The notes below the pieces were generated by a model, which was not told the origin of the DNA, did not search any database, and saw only the letters and a list, made by a program, of their open reading frames with translations. From a virus (Duplodnaviria > Caudoviricetes): DNA of 55,577 bases. Location: positions 1 through 55,577 of IMG/VR virus record IMGVR_UViG_3300030110_005976. One strand, given 5' to 3'. A program made the translations under genes and the position numbers. Positions 35,092 to 44,647 of this stretch are shown here, piece by piece (within the stretch, counting starts at the first letter, position 1; the number at the start of each line of letters is the position of its first letter).

Positions 35092-35885
35092 AGCAGTTGT
35101 CCTTTCTTTTCTATAAGATATTTTGCGGCATCTTGGACTCCGAAAAATTTAAGAAGATCAGAGCATAAATCAAAGTAAGTTTTGTTTTTTACCTTAATTT
35201 TGTTTATCTCTTGATCGCCAACATTTAACAGTGCGTCTATTTGCTTTTTAAGGTCTAGAATGTTTTTAAACTTTGACACAGAATTTTTCTTTAACCAAAG
35301 AGCATCATTATGGGATTCACCATCCAAGTCTACATATACTTTTGTTGATGCTAATGCGTTAGCTTTTGTCTGATCGTCAGCTATGCCAAGGTAATTAGGA
35401 ACTGGAAAGTTACTGTTTCCGAATATTTTTATATTGTAAGCCGAACACAAAAACTCGACAATTCCACGCTGCTCTTCAGTACCCTCAACATAGTCAGTAA
35501 TGCACAGTACATCAGACTTTAATTTTTCGACTACAGATGGCCTTCCTATTTTTCCTATCATGACACCTCCTTCAAAAACTAACGATGGATATTCTGAACA
35601 AACATTGTTACTTATTACGAGATGGGGTCTGGTAGTATCGTCTTGAGGAATTCCAATAGATACAATTCTTGTTTCTGGATATCTTTGCGATGCTATTGGA
35701 AATGCTTTATCCTTTAGCATCTCCGAAGAAGCTATTACCAAATTAGGTTTCATTTCATCAAACATGTCCATTATAGGCTTTGCGGATGGACTCCATGCAG
35801 ACACTTGGAATTGAGGTATATGCACTAGCGAGGAGGCAATACCATCTCCTATTCTTCCCATGTTTGCTTGAATCATTACTTTCAT
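35088..35885 (-). CDS. Divergent glycosyltransferase-like protein (GT-B)
   Basis: DMFDEMKPNLVI...IKIFG...NYLG...ALASTKV pattern resembling CgeB/Glyco_trans_1-like proteins. Confidence 0.5.
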   Translation of the reverse strand: MKVMIQANMGRIGDGIASSLVHIPQFQVSAWSPSAKPIMDMFDEMKPNLVIASSEMLKDKAFPIASQRYPETRIVSIGIPQDDTTRPHLVISNNVCSEYPSLVFEGGVMIGKIGRPSVVEKLKSDVLCITDYVEGTEEQRGIVEFLCSAYNIKIFGNSNFPVPNYLGIADDQTKANALASTKVYVDLDGESHNDALWLKKNSVSKFKNILDLKKQIDALLNVGDQEINKIKVKNKTYFDLCSDLLKFFGVQDAAKYLIEKKGQLL

Positions 35886-36604
35886 ATTATTTCCTTTGCT
35901 TTCTTTATATCTTTAGATGTATCAACATCAATTACTCTTACGCTAGGATCTTCAATACACTTGAAAATACCGCCTCTTTCGATTATCTTATTTATAACTT
36001 CAAAAGTAAACATCTTTTTATTACGCCTACTCCAAACAATTTTCTTCATTTCACTCAGTTCTTTTCCTTGCAAGTATACTATTTGACACCACTTTGTCGG
36101 AAGGTCATACATCAAATGTTCAAGATTCCCTCTTGAGTTAACTATACATCCAACTTCTCCATCATCCATAGAATCGTTAGATATAAATACGCAAGACGTA
36201 TCGTACTTCATAGAAGTAATTGCATTTTCAGTAAATACTAAATCCCCATTTATTATAAGAACTCGTTCTGTAGACGGCAATGATCTTAAACCAATACCTA
36301 TGCTTCTAGCAACATTGGTGGAGTCATAAGATTCATTCTCAACTTTTATTATGTTGTCAGGAGAGTTCTCCATTAACTTGTCTGCTTCAAATCCACAAAC
36401 CAACACAATATTATACTCTTCAAAGTAGCTGTCTATCAAATACAGTTGCCTGTCTAGAATTCTTTGACCATATTTTATATTTATAAGAGCTTTTGGTCCA
36501 TAAGACTTCATACGCTTGCCTAATCCAGCAGCGGGTATAATGATATCTAGGTCAGTGACAGACCTTAAGGGCTTCTTAATTTTTCTTATATGTCTACTAC
36601 TCAT
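35882..36604 (-). CDS. Sugar/phosphocholine nucleotidyltransferase (NTP_transferase family)
   Basis: IIIPAAGLGKRMKSYGPKALI signature; INGDLVF; IDVDTSKD. Confidence 0.85.
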   Translation of the reverse strand: MSSRHIRKIKKPLRSVTDLDIIIPAAGLGKRMKSYGPKALINIKYGQRILDRQLYLIDSYFEEYNIVLVCGFEADKLMENSPDNIIKVENESYDSTNVARSIGIGLRSLPSTERVLIINGDLVFTENAITSMKYDTSCVFISNDSMDDGEVGCIVNSRGNLEHLMYDLPTKWCQIVYLQGKELSEMKKIVWSRRNKKMFTFEVINKIIERGGIFKCIEDPSVRVIDVDTSKDIKKAKEII

Positions 36605-36986
36605 AAACTAAAACCGTATCTAACACCTCTCTAAACAATGCTTCGTTATTTGCTATGCCTACTATATCATCGAAAGTATTTACTTTTGACTTTGTTGTTC
36701 TTTTATTTATAAAGAAGGGCCTTTCATCTTTAATACTTTTGTTATTTGAAAAAGCTACATCTAACCCTTTATTCATTCTTTCTAATATATCTTTTATGTT
36801 GTCCGGATGTGAATAAAAAAAACCTTCTGGAAAGTATCCAAAGACATCAAACTCATCGTTATTGAAAACATCAACAACAAGCTTAATATCTTTATTTAAG
36901 TTATAAAAAGTAATAACATTATCATAACTTTGCATAGGAAGTTTCATTATCGTAGAGATAACGCTTACGTTTTTAAGCTTGGGCAT
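36597..36986 (-). CDS. Hypothetical protein (129 aa)
   Basis: Overlaps both neighbours in the operon; no recognised motif. Confidence 0.55.
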   Translation of the reverse strand: MPKLKNVSVISTIMKLPMQSYDNVITFYNLNKDIKLVVDVFNNDEFDVFGYFPEGFFYSHPDNIKDILERMNKGLDVAFSNNKSIKDERPFFINKRTTKSKVNTFDDIVGIANNEALFREVLDTVLVYE

Positions 36987-37783
36987 ATATCACCTATGTC
37001 TATTATATATTCATCCACTCCTTCTTCGAATTCTTTAAGTTTTTCAACAATAGGTATATTAAAAGAATTCCCAGCATGCTTTAGGTGCATAACAGAGTTT
37101 ACTAATTCACCCTGACCTTCACTGTTCGGATAAGCATAAGCAGCACGTTTCATGTCTTCAATAAAGTATTTCTGCATTTCTTCGCTTAAATTAGCAGGCA
37201 CTTCAAAGCCAGAATTAAATCTTATATAGAAGACTATAGGGTAGTGATTTTTCGTACCGTCTATAACAATGTCTACACATTCTCTATTAGCCAAATCCGG
37301 GTTGATAAATGTTTGTAGTCTCCATTCGATTTTCTCATAACCTGAAGAAGACAAATGTTCAACCATGTCTTTTTGCGATACAGAGTGTTTTCTATTAAGA
37401 ATTGTTACTACTCTAGGCGGGTTATATTGGTTCTCTAAGGACTGAAGAGTACTATCTAAGCCCTCAATATCATCACCTTCATTGAAGTGAACCATAGCAT
37501 GGTATCTGACTCTAAGTTCTTTTTTTACTGTTTCCTTTCTTTCAGATTTAGGAACTTGTTCTCCCCATGCTTTTGTTCTTTTATGCATACATATTCGCAT
37601 GTTAATAACATCGAACTCATTATTATGTTCGTCGTAAACTTTGATAACTTCTGCCCCAGCATCCCTATAAGCTTCCAGTCTATTGAATTCGCATCCAACC
37701 TGTGTCTGCTTATCTTTTATAGCAAATAAACAATCATTGCATGATGTGTGCAGCTCTCTGATAATTGGTGTTTCTTCGCTCAT
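36965..37783 (-). CDS. Hypothetical protein with Cys-motif N-terminus and possible degenerate GT-A fold
   Basis: TSCNDC...GC; LDSTLQSLENQ...VVTILN resembles the start of GT2 domains; GAGG SD. Confidence 0.5.
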   Translation of the reverse strand: MSEETPIIRELHTSCNDCLFAIKDKQTQVGCEFNRLEAYRDAGAEVIKVYDEHNNEFDVINMRICMHKRTKAWGEQVPKSERKETVKKELRVRYHAMVHFNEGDDIEGLDSTLQSLENQYNPPRVVTILNRKHSVSQKDMVEHLSSSGYEKIEWRLQTFINPDLANRECVDIVIDGTKNHYPIVFYIRFNSGFEVPANLSEEMQKYFIEDMKRAAYAYPNSEGQGELVNSVMHLKHAGNSFNIPIVEKLKEFEEGVDEYIIDIGDICPSLKT

Positions 37784-38199
37784 TTCCTCACCGCCTCTAC
37801 TACATATCTATAGCCAATTATACCTACAGAAGAAATTTCCAGACCAGAAGAAGCCAGTCTATTCTTTAGATCGTGCGCGGATGTTAAGTTGTTGCGCCCG
37901 TTTAATAGGTTCTCTGATGCTTCAGGTATAGCACAAACACCGCACGCAGCATTTCTGATGACCTGTAGAGCATCTGTTCCAGTGATTTTTAGCACACCTC
38001 CATGCCTAAGTTTTTTGACAGCAATGTCAACTATATTAGGATTCTCGCTAAATTCAATAACATCTACCAGCTCGACTTCTTCGAAAACTGCGTTTGGTAG
38101 AGAGTCCATCTGGGTACTGTCCACAGATGATACATTTCCGTCGCCACTAACTAAGAAAGGAGCCGAAGACTTACCTTCCACATAAACAATCGCTTTCAT
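37780..38199 (-). CDS. Truncated SAM-methyltransferase-like protein
   Basis: FEEVELVDVIEF...KKLRHGGVLKI resembles class I MTase motifs; the GxG motif I is not evident. Confidence 0.45.
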   Translation of the reverse strand: MKAIVYVEGKSSAPFLVSGDGNVSSVDSTQMDSLPNAVFEEVELVDVIEFSENPNIVDIAVKKLRHGGVLKITGTDALQVIRNAACGVCAIPEASENLLNGRNNLTSAHDLKNRLASSGLEISSVGIIGYRYVVEAVRK

Positions 38200-38200
38200 T

Positions 38201-39163
38201 TTAGTTCCTTACAAAAAAAGAATCAGACGCATAAGAAAATACTTTGTCCCATTTTTTACAAAATTCATCTTCGTCCGGATAGTTATCTAATACATAGGCT
38301 CTAGCCTTTTCTCCAATGTCCTTCCATTTACCAGACTTACACTGTGCCAGAAGCTCGCTTAGCTCAGAGGGGCTTGCAAACAATAAGCCGTTTTCACCAT
38401 GGGTTATGATGCTCTCGGAGTCAGGTGTCTTAGGAGAGAGCACTATGCATCTTGCCAGCATAGCCTCAAGTGTTTTGTTATCAATATTGTTCCAAGTATT
38501 TATGTAAAATCTGTATTCACCAATGTCTTCTCGTTTGTCAGAATAAAATCTTGGCTGACAATTATATTGAGAAAGCAAACCCTGTATATTTGCTAAGCCC
38601 TCTACTGGAATGTTGTTATCCATTATAAAATCTTTTGTTTTCTTAGGGTTGTGATCGAAAGAATCTTTAACAAATGTAGGGATTGTGATTGATATTCCAT
38701 AAGTCCCTGTATTCCAAGATTGCTTTATTCTATCTGATAGAGCAACATTAATTTGGCCAACCCTTCCTTCGAGCTGCAAGTCTTTATTTACGTCCATGTT
38801 AAGAGGATTCTTTTGAAATATATCCTTACTAACATGATCGACTGTTATTATAGGTATTTGAAGAGCATTGGATATTGCATACGCCATATCAAATTCCTGC
38901 AATCTTCCGTTGCATATGATAAAATCAAAATAGGATATACCACAGCTGTTAAGATCTTTAGTTAGTACGGACACATTTTTAGGGGCAGAGCAGATAGAAT
39001 CCTTCCATCCAGAAATACCATCTCTTGTAACGATATAAATATCGCAGTTACATTTAGATAGGCACTCGATATACTTTTCATTTTCTCTACAAAAAGAAAT
39101 GCACCTAAACCTATCTGTGGATTTTCTAGTTATAGATCTTATTGCATTTGATGTTATGAACAT
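38201..39163 (-). CDS. Glycosyltransferase, GT-B fold
   Basis: FYINT...TLEAMLARCIVLS...IITHGENGLL...IGEKARAYV, typical of GT4 C-terminal domains. Confidence 0.75.
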   Translation of the reverse strand: MFITSNAIRSITRKSTDRFRCISFCRENEKYIECLSKCNCDIYIVTRDGISGWKDSICSAPKNVSVLTKDLNSCGISYFDFIICNGRLQEFDMAYAISNALQIPIITVDHVSKDIFQKNPLNMDVNKDLQLEGRVGQINVALSDRIKQSWNTGTYGISITIPTFVKDSFDHNPKKTKDFIMDNNIPVEGLANIQGLLSQYNCQPRFYSDKREDIGEYRFYINTWNNIDNKTLEAMLARCIVLSPKTPDSESIITHGENGLLFASPSELSELLAQCKSGKWKDIGEKARAYVLDNYPDEDEFCKKWDKVFSYASDSFFVRN

Positions 39164-40203
39164 AAGATTTCCTTAATTACTGATGCTTGTTTAGCATGGG
39201 AAAGAGCCTCTTTTGACTCAGGGCCTTTTCTGGATTTTTTAATAAATTCTAATTTATTTTCAAAGCAATCTCTAAGAGTACTCTTCAACGAAAGGATATT
39301 TGGTTTAAAACAGGTCTCCCTAGCGGTAAACATATCTGCTAAAGGTCTATCTGGATAAATCATTATATCTTCGTAGGAGTCTACAATGAAACCATTCTCA
39401 CTTGTTACCAATTCATCTCTTCCAGAGCCTTTGACTACAACTGGAGCGTTACCTTTAAGTAGAGCGGCTGCTACATTATGGTTAAACCCTGTTGAGAAAG
39501 AAGCGTCTATATAGCAATCGCATCCTTCATGCAGACCTTCTACTCCTTGAACCACATGTATATGTGGGTAATAACCACTATTATAGATACCAATTTCACG
39601 AAGAGTCTCGGAGATTACGGCATCTGCCTTTTGAGGATCTTCTGCCTGCAATACCAAAGTAACATTATCATTCATGTGGAACTCAGAGCAGTAGGCTTGG
39701 ATTATATTTTTTGTACCACCTAAAGTTTCTAGTCCTCCGGCAATAGTATAAAAGTTAAACCTAGTGCTATTGTTGGTTGGTGAGTCCTCTACTTCGACTG
39801 CTCCACCTATCACATGAGCCTTGTCTCTTATTTCTTTAGACATTCCGCTCTTTTCAGCTTCCGTAGATACAAGTACCTTATCTAACAACATTAAGTAGTT
39901 ATCCCATTGTCTGTTGCGTCTAGTCTCAAAGCTTGAAACGCCAATAACAGTTTCAAAGTTAGAGTTGTATAACATATAGTTAGGAAGCATGTGCTGTATC
40001 AACACATCATATTTTTCTTTTTTGTTAGCTTCGAAACTGAATATGTTTGGGTTTAAGTTTTGCTGCTCGGGAAGATTTGACAGAAACACTGGTCTACAAG
40101 TAATAGATATATCCTCAATTAAAGATAGAGATTTTAGCAAACTTCTGCTCAAGTTACCCCACGAATCAGATTGCCTATAAGGTCCAATAAAAAGGATGTT
40201 CAT
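39154..40203 (-). CDS. Glycosyltransferase-like protein, GT-B fold, degenerate EX7E motif
   Basis: MNILFIGPY; CDCYIDASFSTGFNHNVAAALLKG; ENGFIV. Confidence 0.7.
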   Translation of the reverse strand: MNILFIGPYRQSDSWGNLSRSLLKSLSLIEDISITCRPVFLSNLPEQQNLNPNIFSFEANKKEKYDVLIQHMLPNYMLYNSNFETVIGVSSFETRRNRQWDNYLMLLDKVLVSTEAEKSGMSKEIRDKAHVIGGAVEVEDSPTNNSTRFNFYTIAGGLETLGGTKNIIQAYCSEFHMNDNVTLVLQAEDPQKADAVISETLREIGIYNSGYYPHIHVVQGVEGLHEGCDCYIDASFSTGFNHNVAAALLKGNAPVVVKGSGRDELVTSENGFIVDSYEDIMIYPDRPLADMFTARETCFKPNILSLKSTLRDCFENKLEFIKKSRKGPESKEALSHAKQASVIKEILCS

Positions 40204-41840
40204 TATTTCTTTCTCCTTTTGTAAGCCTGCTTTATAAATTCATCAATAATCATCTCTTGCTGGCCTGTTCTTATTTGCTCAGATAAGAATTTGTTCTTAG
40301 CTCTCTGAGACATTATTTCCCAAGCATTCTGAGCATTGAACGGATCTAATGATTCTACATGGGCTCCAAAGGCTATAGATTGTATAAGCTCAACCGCTTC
40401 ATATGAGTATGCATTTTCTGGTTCCTTCAACATGACTCCAAAGCACCATCTAATAAAAGTCTCGGGATCTAGTCCTTGAGGTGGCTCGTTTGGTATGTCA
40501 ACATGCGTATATGGGGAGTCCCACTTACCTTGTCTTCCAACAGGAGTATATGAATCAATATAGTCTTCCCAAACTTTAGCTGTTTTATCCCAACTATATT
40601 TTTCGATTGTTGCCATTCTTGTCTCTAGCATTTTTCTATTTCTTTCCGCTTCAGACAACGAAAAGTAATCTATCATAATTTTAGCGAAGTGTTCGTTATC
40701 TGGATGGGCTCTGTCTGCTCCTGTTTCCATTTCTCTATAAAAGCTTTTTATATTAATAGGATAGCCTTTTGTAAAAGAGACTACATCTTCCATCGCACTA
40801 TAATTTACAGAGGCAATAGGCACACCGCACGCAGCTGCCTCTACTTGTGGCATTCCAAACCCTTCACATATAGCATATTGAACATAGAGATCCATAACAT
40901 TGTATACTTTAATTAAGTCTTCTATTGTTAGCCCTTCAGCTACACTAGGCATTACGGAAGACCTAGCTCCGCATTTTTTACATGTAGTGATAGCGTCTTG
41001 GAAAACACCACATGAAAAGTGCTTGCATTTTCTACAGATGTAGGTAGACAGCACCTTGCCCTGCAATCCAAACTCCTGAACTCCTTCTGCTATATTCCAG
41101 CCCATTCTTTCAGGGTAGCTTGTATGTAGATAAAGGAATGTTTTTTCTGCCACTTCTTTTGGTGCAGTATCTAAGAATATCCTAAAGGATCTCATAAGCT
41201 CAATAAAAAGCTTTCTTTTTTGATTTCTCATTACAGTCCCAACAATATTTATATCAGGGTCAAGACCAAGAGATTTTTTATGAGCCCTCTTATTCGGCAC
41301 TGGCTTATATATTTCCGAGTCTATTGCAGGAGGGGCACAACCTATAACATTAAGTTTATTGTTTGATTGCTCTAATAAAACTTTTTCACCGAATTCTGAG
41401 TATGCAAGCAACGCATCGCATCCGCCAAAAGTCTCTATCCATTTGGTTTTTTGAGGAGCAGAATCTACAGTGGGCATCCATAACCAATGAAAGTATGGTC
41501 GGTTTGCGGACTGCGCTATCCATTGATCCATCCAAGGATCTCTATAAGTCAAGACTATATCTGGCTTAAAGTTCAGTACTACCTTGTCGAATCTCCAAAG
41601 CCCAAAGCTATTTGCAACATTTGAGTCATATACTTTTCTTTCTTCTTGATTATTAGGAGCATTGCCAAAATAAAGCCAGTCTAGATTATTTACGCTATTG
41701 TAGTCTCCATAGCTTGCAAATTCTGCAAGTTCATACTTTCCTGTAGCTGCTAGGCGAGGTAGCACCTGTTTTGCATAGGTTCCAAAACCAGAAGCCATGT
41801 TGTGCGATTCGCTTACAAATAGAACCTTTTTTTTACTCAT
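40203..41840 (-). CDS. Glycosyltransferase family 4 with zinc-ribbon insertion
   Basis: SGFG; KPDIV; MRNQKRK; YNVMDLYV...EGFGMPQVEAAACG; inserted CRKC...CKKC. Confidence 0.88.
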   Translation of the reverse strand: MSKKKVLFVSESHNMASGFGTYAKQVLPRLAATGKYELAEFASYGDYNSVNNLDWLYFGNAPNNQEERKVYDSNVANSFGLWRFDKVVLNFKPDIVLTYRDPWMDQWIAQSANRPYFHWLWMPTVDSAPQKTKWIETFGGCDALLAYSEFGEKVLLEQSNNKLNVIGCAPPAIDSEIYKPVPNKRAHKKSLGLDPDINIVGTVMRNQKRKLFIELMRSFRIFLDTAPKEVAEKTFLYLHTSYPERMGWNIAEGVQEFGLQGKVLSTYICRKCKHFSCGVFQDAITTCKKCGARSSVMPSVAEGLTIEDLIKVYNVMDLYVQYAICEGFGMPQVEAAACGVPIASVNYSAMEDVVSFTKGYPINIKSFYREMETGADRAHPDNEHFAKIMIDYFSLSEAERNRKMLETRMATIEKYSWDKTAKVWEDYIDSYTPVGRQGKWDSPYTHVDIPNEPPQGLDPETFIRWCFGVMLKEPENAYSYEAVELIQSIAFGAHVESLDPFNAQNAWEIMSQRAKNKFLSEQIRTGQQEMIIDEFIKQAYKRRKK

Positions 41841-42282
41841 TCTTTTCCCTTATCTTTCTTACGGCCTTATAGAATACTCTTTTTACATAAGAGTTAGTTC
41901 TTCCTGTTATCTCTGCCATTTCAGCTAGCTTATATCCCATACTTCTAAGTTCTAAAAAGCCTACCTCTTCTTCAGAAAGCAAGCTTGGCAAAGCTTCCCA
42001 GAGCTTGTCCTTGTTTTTGTAAATTGGAGGAGAGCAAACATTCAAAGATGAATACCTCCCCTTTTTAGCACATTTTATTTCTTTTATTATTTCCCATCTT
42101 ATTGGGTTCCAAGCATAAGTAGATAGAACCGCACCTTTTGTAGAGTCGTATTTCTTCAGAGCTTTCCAAAGGCCTATTCTTCCTGCTTGTATATAATCTT
42201 CCCTTTCGGTAAGGTTCTGTGGTTTAAATGAGTTCACAACCGAAACCACAAGACCCATGTTCTTCTCAATTAAATCATCCAT
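41833..42282 (-). CDS. Minimal sigma-70-family sigma factor (regions 2 and 4)
   Basis: LIEKNMGLV...REDYIQAGRIGLWKALKKYD...STYAWNPIRWEI; C-terminal HTH GYKLAEMAEITGRT. Confidence 0.85.
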   Translation of the reverse strand: MDDLIEKNMGLVVSVVNSFKPQNLTEREDYIQAGRIGLWKALKKYDSTKGAVLSTYAWNPIRWEIIKEIKCAKKGRYSSLNVCSPPIYKNKDKLWEALPSLLSEEEVGFLELRSMGYKLAEMAEITGRTNSYVKRVFYKAVRKIREKNE

Positions 42283-42311
42283 GCCTCTTCCTTATTATAG
42301 TACTTCTCAAA

Positions 42312-43946
42312 CTAACTTGTTAGCTGTTCTACCTTTTTTATCAAAAAACTTCCTCTATTCTTATCTTTCATACCTCTGATCAACACTGTATTGCCTTCAT
42401 GTAGCATCTTTTTGTACTTTTCCCACTCGTCGGAGAAAGCTGTTACATTATCTAAAGAGCAGCTAGTGTCGCTAACGGTTACAAAGCCCATCTTCATACC
42501 CTTTGCTTTACCTTTTTTTATCGTCCACTCCCTGACAGAGTCTATCTTTACCGCCAGAACAATTCCTTTTTGAGAATTGAATCCGTCAATGAATTCTTTA
42601 CAGCTACAATTTGATCTACTAGTGTCATATTCGTCTACTTTATTGCAAGTCAATGAGATTCCAAGAAGCTCTTCTTCAACTTTTGATACCCAAGATGGAG
42701 AATCATATAGTTCATATCCCGGATTATCATAAGTAACGAGGAGGTCTTCTATTACAGGTATTCTATCTTGTCTGAATATAGGTCTGTTCTTAGATTTTAC
42801 TCTAGAAGCTTCTATCATCTCGCCTATACATTCTACTGCAGTAGAGGAAGGTCTTGCTTCTTTGTAATTTTTTAGCCACTCTACCTCTCTCTTGGTGAAT
42901 TCTTTTATTAAATTAAAATTATGCTGCATCTTAGAGCGTGATATTTTAAAGCAATCAAATACCCCTGCAAGTATGAGAGACTCAAAAGCCTTTTTGTTTA
43001 CAAACGGAGCCACAAGTAGTAAAAAGCAATCCCAATCACATGTACGTAGATCTATATTATTTTCTTTTATATGGGCTAGCATTTTTTTGAATACAGAAGA
43101 TCCTACATTTTTTATATTTGTCATACCATAGGTAGGATTTTTACCTATCAGTTTGAACTCCTCGTTCATATGAATTATATTTGGAGGAAGCACCTCTATT
43201 CCCATAATCTTTGCATTATTCACAAGCTCATTAACTTCCCAGAATGTATCAGGCTTGCCAACTGCATTCTTAAGATACGCTGTAAAAAACTCATGAGGAA
43301 AATGCGCCTTGCAGTACGCCGTCAAATAGGCATTGTACGCATAGCTTACAGAGTGAGATTTGTTGAAAGAATATCTTTGTGATTTTTCGATCCAACTAAA
43401 TATTTCTTCTGCTTGTTCTTTGCTAATAATTCCTTTGTTAGACGCTCCTTCTAAGAATGACTTTTTAACCTTAGCCATAACGTCAGCCTTCTTTTTGCCG
43501 ATGGCCTTTCTCAATATGTCAGCTTCCTGCAAGTCAAACCCAGCGATCTCTGTAGCGATTAGAATAGCCTGTTCTTGATAGACTAGGATTCCTTGAGTGC
43601 TTTTAAGAATCGGCTCTAGAGAGCTGTGGAGATACTCTACGGGTTCTCGGAAATGCTTCCTATCAATATAGTGCATAGTAAGGCTTTTTCCCTTTACCAT
43701 AGCCTCTAAGCATCCGGGCCTCATAATTGCAATAAGGTCTGAAAGCTCTTCTATATTTCTAGGCTTAGTCTGTTTAGCTAGAGATCTACCTAGTTGAGAC
43801 TCAAGCTGGAATACGCCTTTAGTGTTTCCTTCACAGATTAAGTCCCAAGTAGCAGAGCAGGTTAGTGGTATAGATGTGATGTCTGGATTAAATATTAGGC
43901 CATTTTCTCCTTCATGAAATTCACATCCGCAATCATATTTTCTCAT
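42312..43946 (-). CDS. dnaE: DNA polymerase III alpha, C-terminal subunit (fingers, HhH, OB fold)
   Basis: TKGVFQLES, AIMRPG, GILVYQEQ, ADILRKAIGKKK, YSFNKSHSVSY, C-terminal OB fold. Confidence 0.93.
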   Translation of the reverse strand: MRKYDCGCEFHEGENGLIFNPDITSIPLTCSATWDLICEGNTKGVFQLESQLGRSLAKQTKPRNIEELSDLIAIMRPGCLEAMVKGKSLTMHYIDRKHFREPVEYLHSSLEPILKSTQGILVYQEQAILIATEIAGFDLQEADILRKAIGKKKADVMAKVKKSFLEGASNKGIISKEQAEEIFSWIEKSQRYSFNKSHSVSYAYNAYLTAYCKAHFPHEFFTAYLKNAVGKPDTFWEVNELVNNAKIMGIEVLPPNIIHMNEEFKLIGKNPTYGMTNIKNVGSSVFKKMLAHIKENNIDLRTCDWDCFLLLVAPFVNKKAFESLILAGVFDCFKISRSKMQHNFNLIKEFTKREVEWLKNYKEARPSSTAVECIGEMIEASRVKSKNRPIFRQDRIPVIEDLLVTYDNPGYELYDSPSWVSKVEEELLGISLTCNKVDEYDTSRSNCSCKEFIDGFNSQKGIVLAVKIDSVREWTIKKGKAKGMKMGFVTVSDTSCSLDNVTAFSDEWEKYKKMLHEGNTVLIRGMKDKNRGSFLIKKVEQLTS

Positions 43947-44614
43947 CTAGCAAAAGCCCCTTTGAATTTTCCTACAGTTGATTGTCTTCTGTGAAACTTC
44001 ATGAACTTAACAAGGAGCTCAGCCTCGTCAATAGTATCAGACAACGCCTCGTGAGCTTGCGCTGCGTTCATTCCCAAGAATTTCCTAAAAGCGTCTAGCT
44101 TCATACTGCTAGGTTCGTCTAAGTTTTCAAACCACATGAATAAAATATCCATCATATCTATTTTGGTTACTTTAGAAAACGGAGATTTTGTCTTGTACTT
44201 TTCAGCAAGGCGATTAGCTATAACTAAGTCAAATCCTATAATGTTATATCCTGAAGGAATAGGTTCTGTATACCACTGTCCGGGTTTCTTATCAACCTCA
44301 TACTTTGCACAATAATTACAAAAATTTTTCCAAACCACCTTTTCGCTTTGGCCAGTTTTCCAGTCCTTAACAATATCCTCGGTCTCAACACCTCTTTGCT
44401 TAGCGTGCCAAGCAATAGTATCCTGCCTCTCCTTTGTGAAGTATTCTTCGCTATCTATACCGTCTGGTCTGATAGTAGCCCTAAATGCCTGTTCTTTTTT
44501 GATCTCTAGGGTTCTTGGATTTACTGGTATAGCAGCAAGCTCTACTGGATTGCATGTCTCTGGATTTGGACCATCGGTTTCCCAGTCAAATACTATAATC
44601 CATCTATTATTCAA
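43943..44614 (-). CDS. DEDDh 3'-5' exonuclease (epsilon/DnaQ-like)
   Basis: ExoI VFDWETDG, ExoII GYNIIGFD, ExoIII HEALSD; TTG start with AAGGAG SD; ATGA overlap with dnaE-C. Confidence 0.9.
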   Translation of the reverse strand: MNNRWIIVFDWETDGPNPETCNPVELAAIPVNPRTLEIKKEQAFRATIRPDGIDSEEYFTKERQDTIAWHAKQRGVETEDIVKDWKTGQSEKVVWKNFCNYCAKYEVDKKPGQWYTEPIPSGYNIIGFDLVIANRLAEKYKTKSPFSKVTKIDMMDILFMWFENLDEPSSMKLDAFRKFLGMNAAQAHEALSDTIDEAELLVKFMKFHRRQSTVGKFKGAFAR

Positions 44615-44647
44615 TTTACATCTCCTTTTTTTCTTCTAACCATTGAA

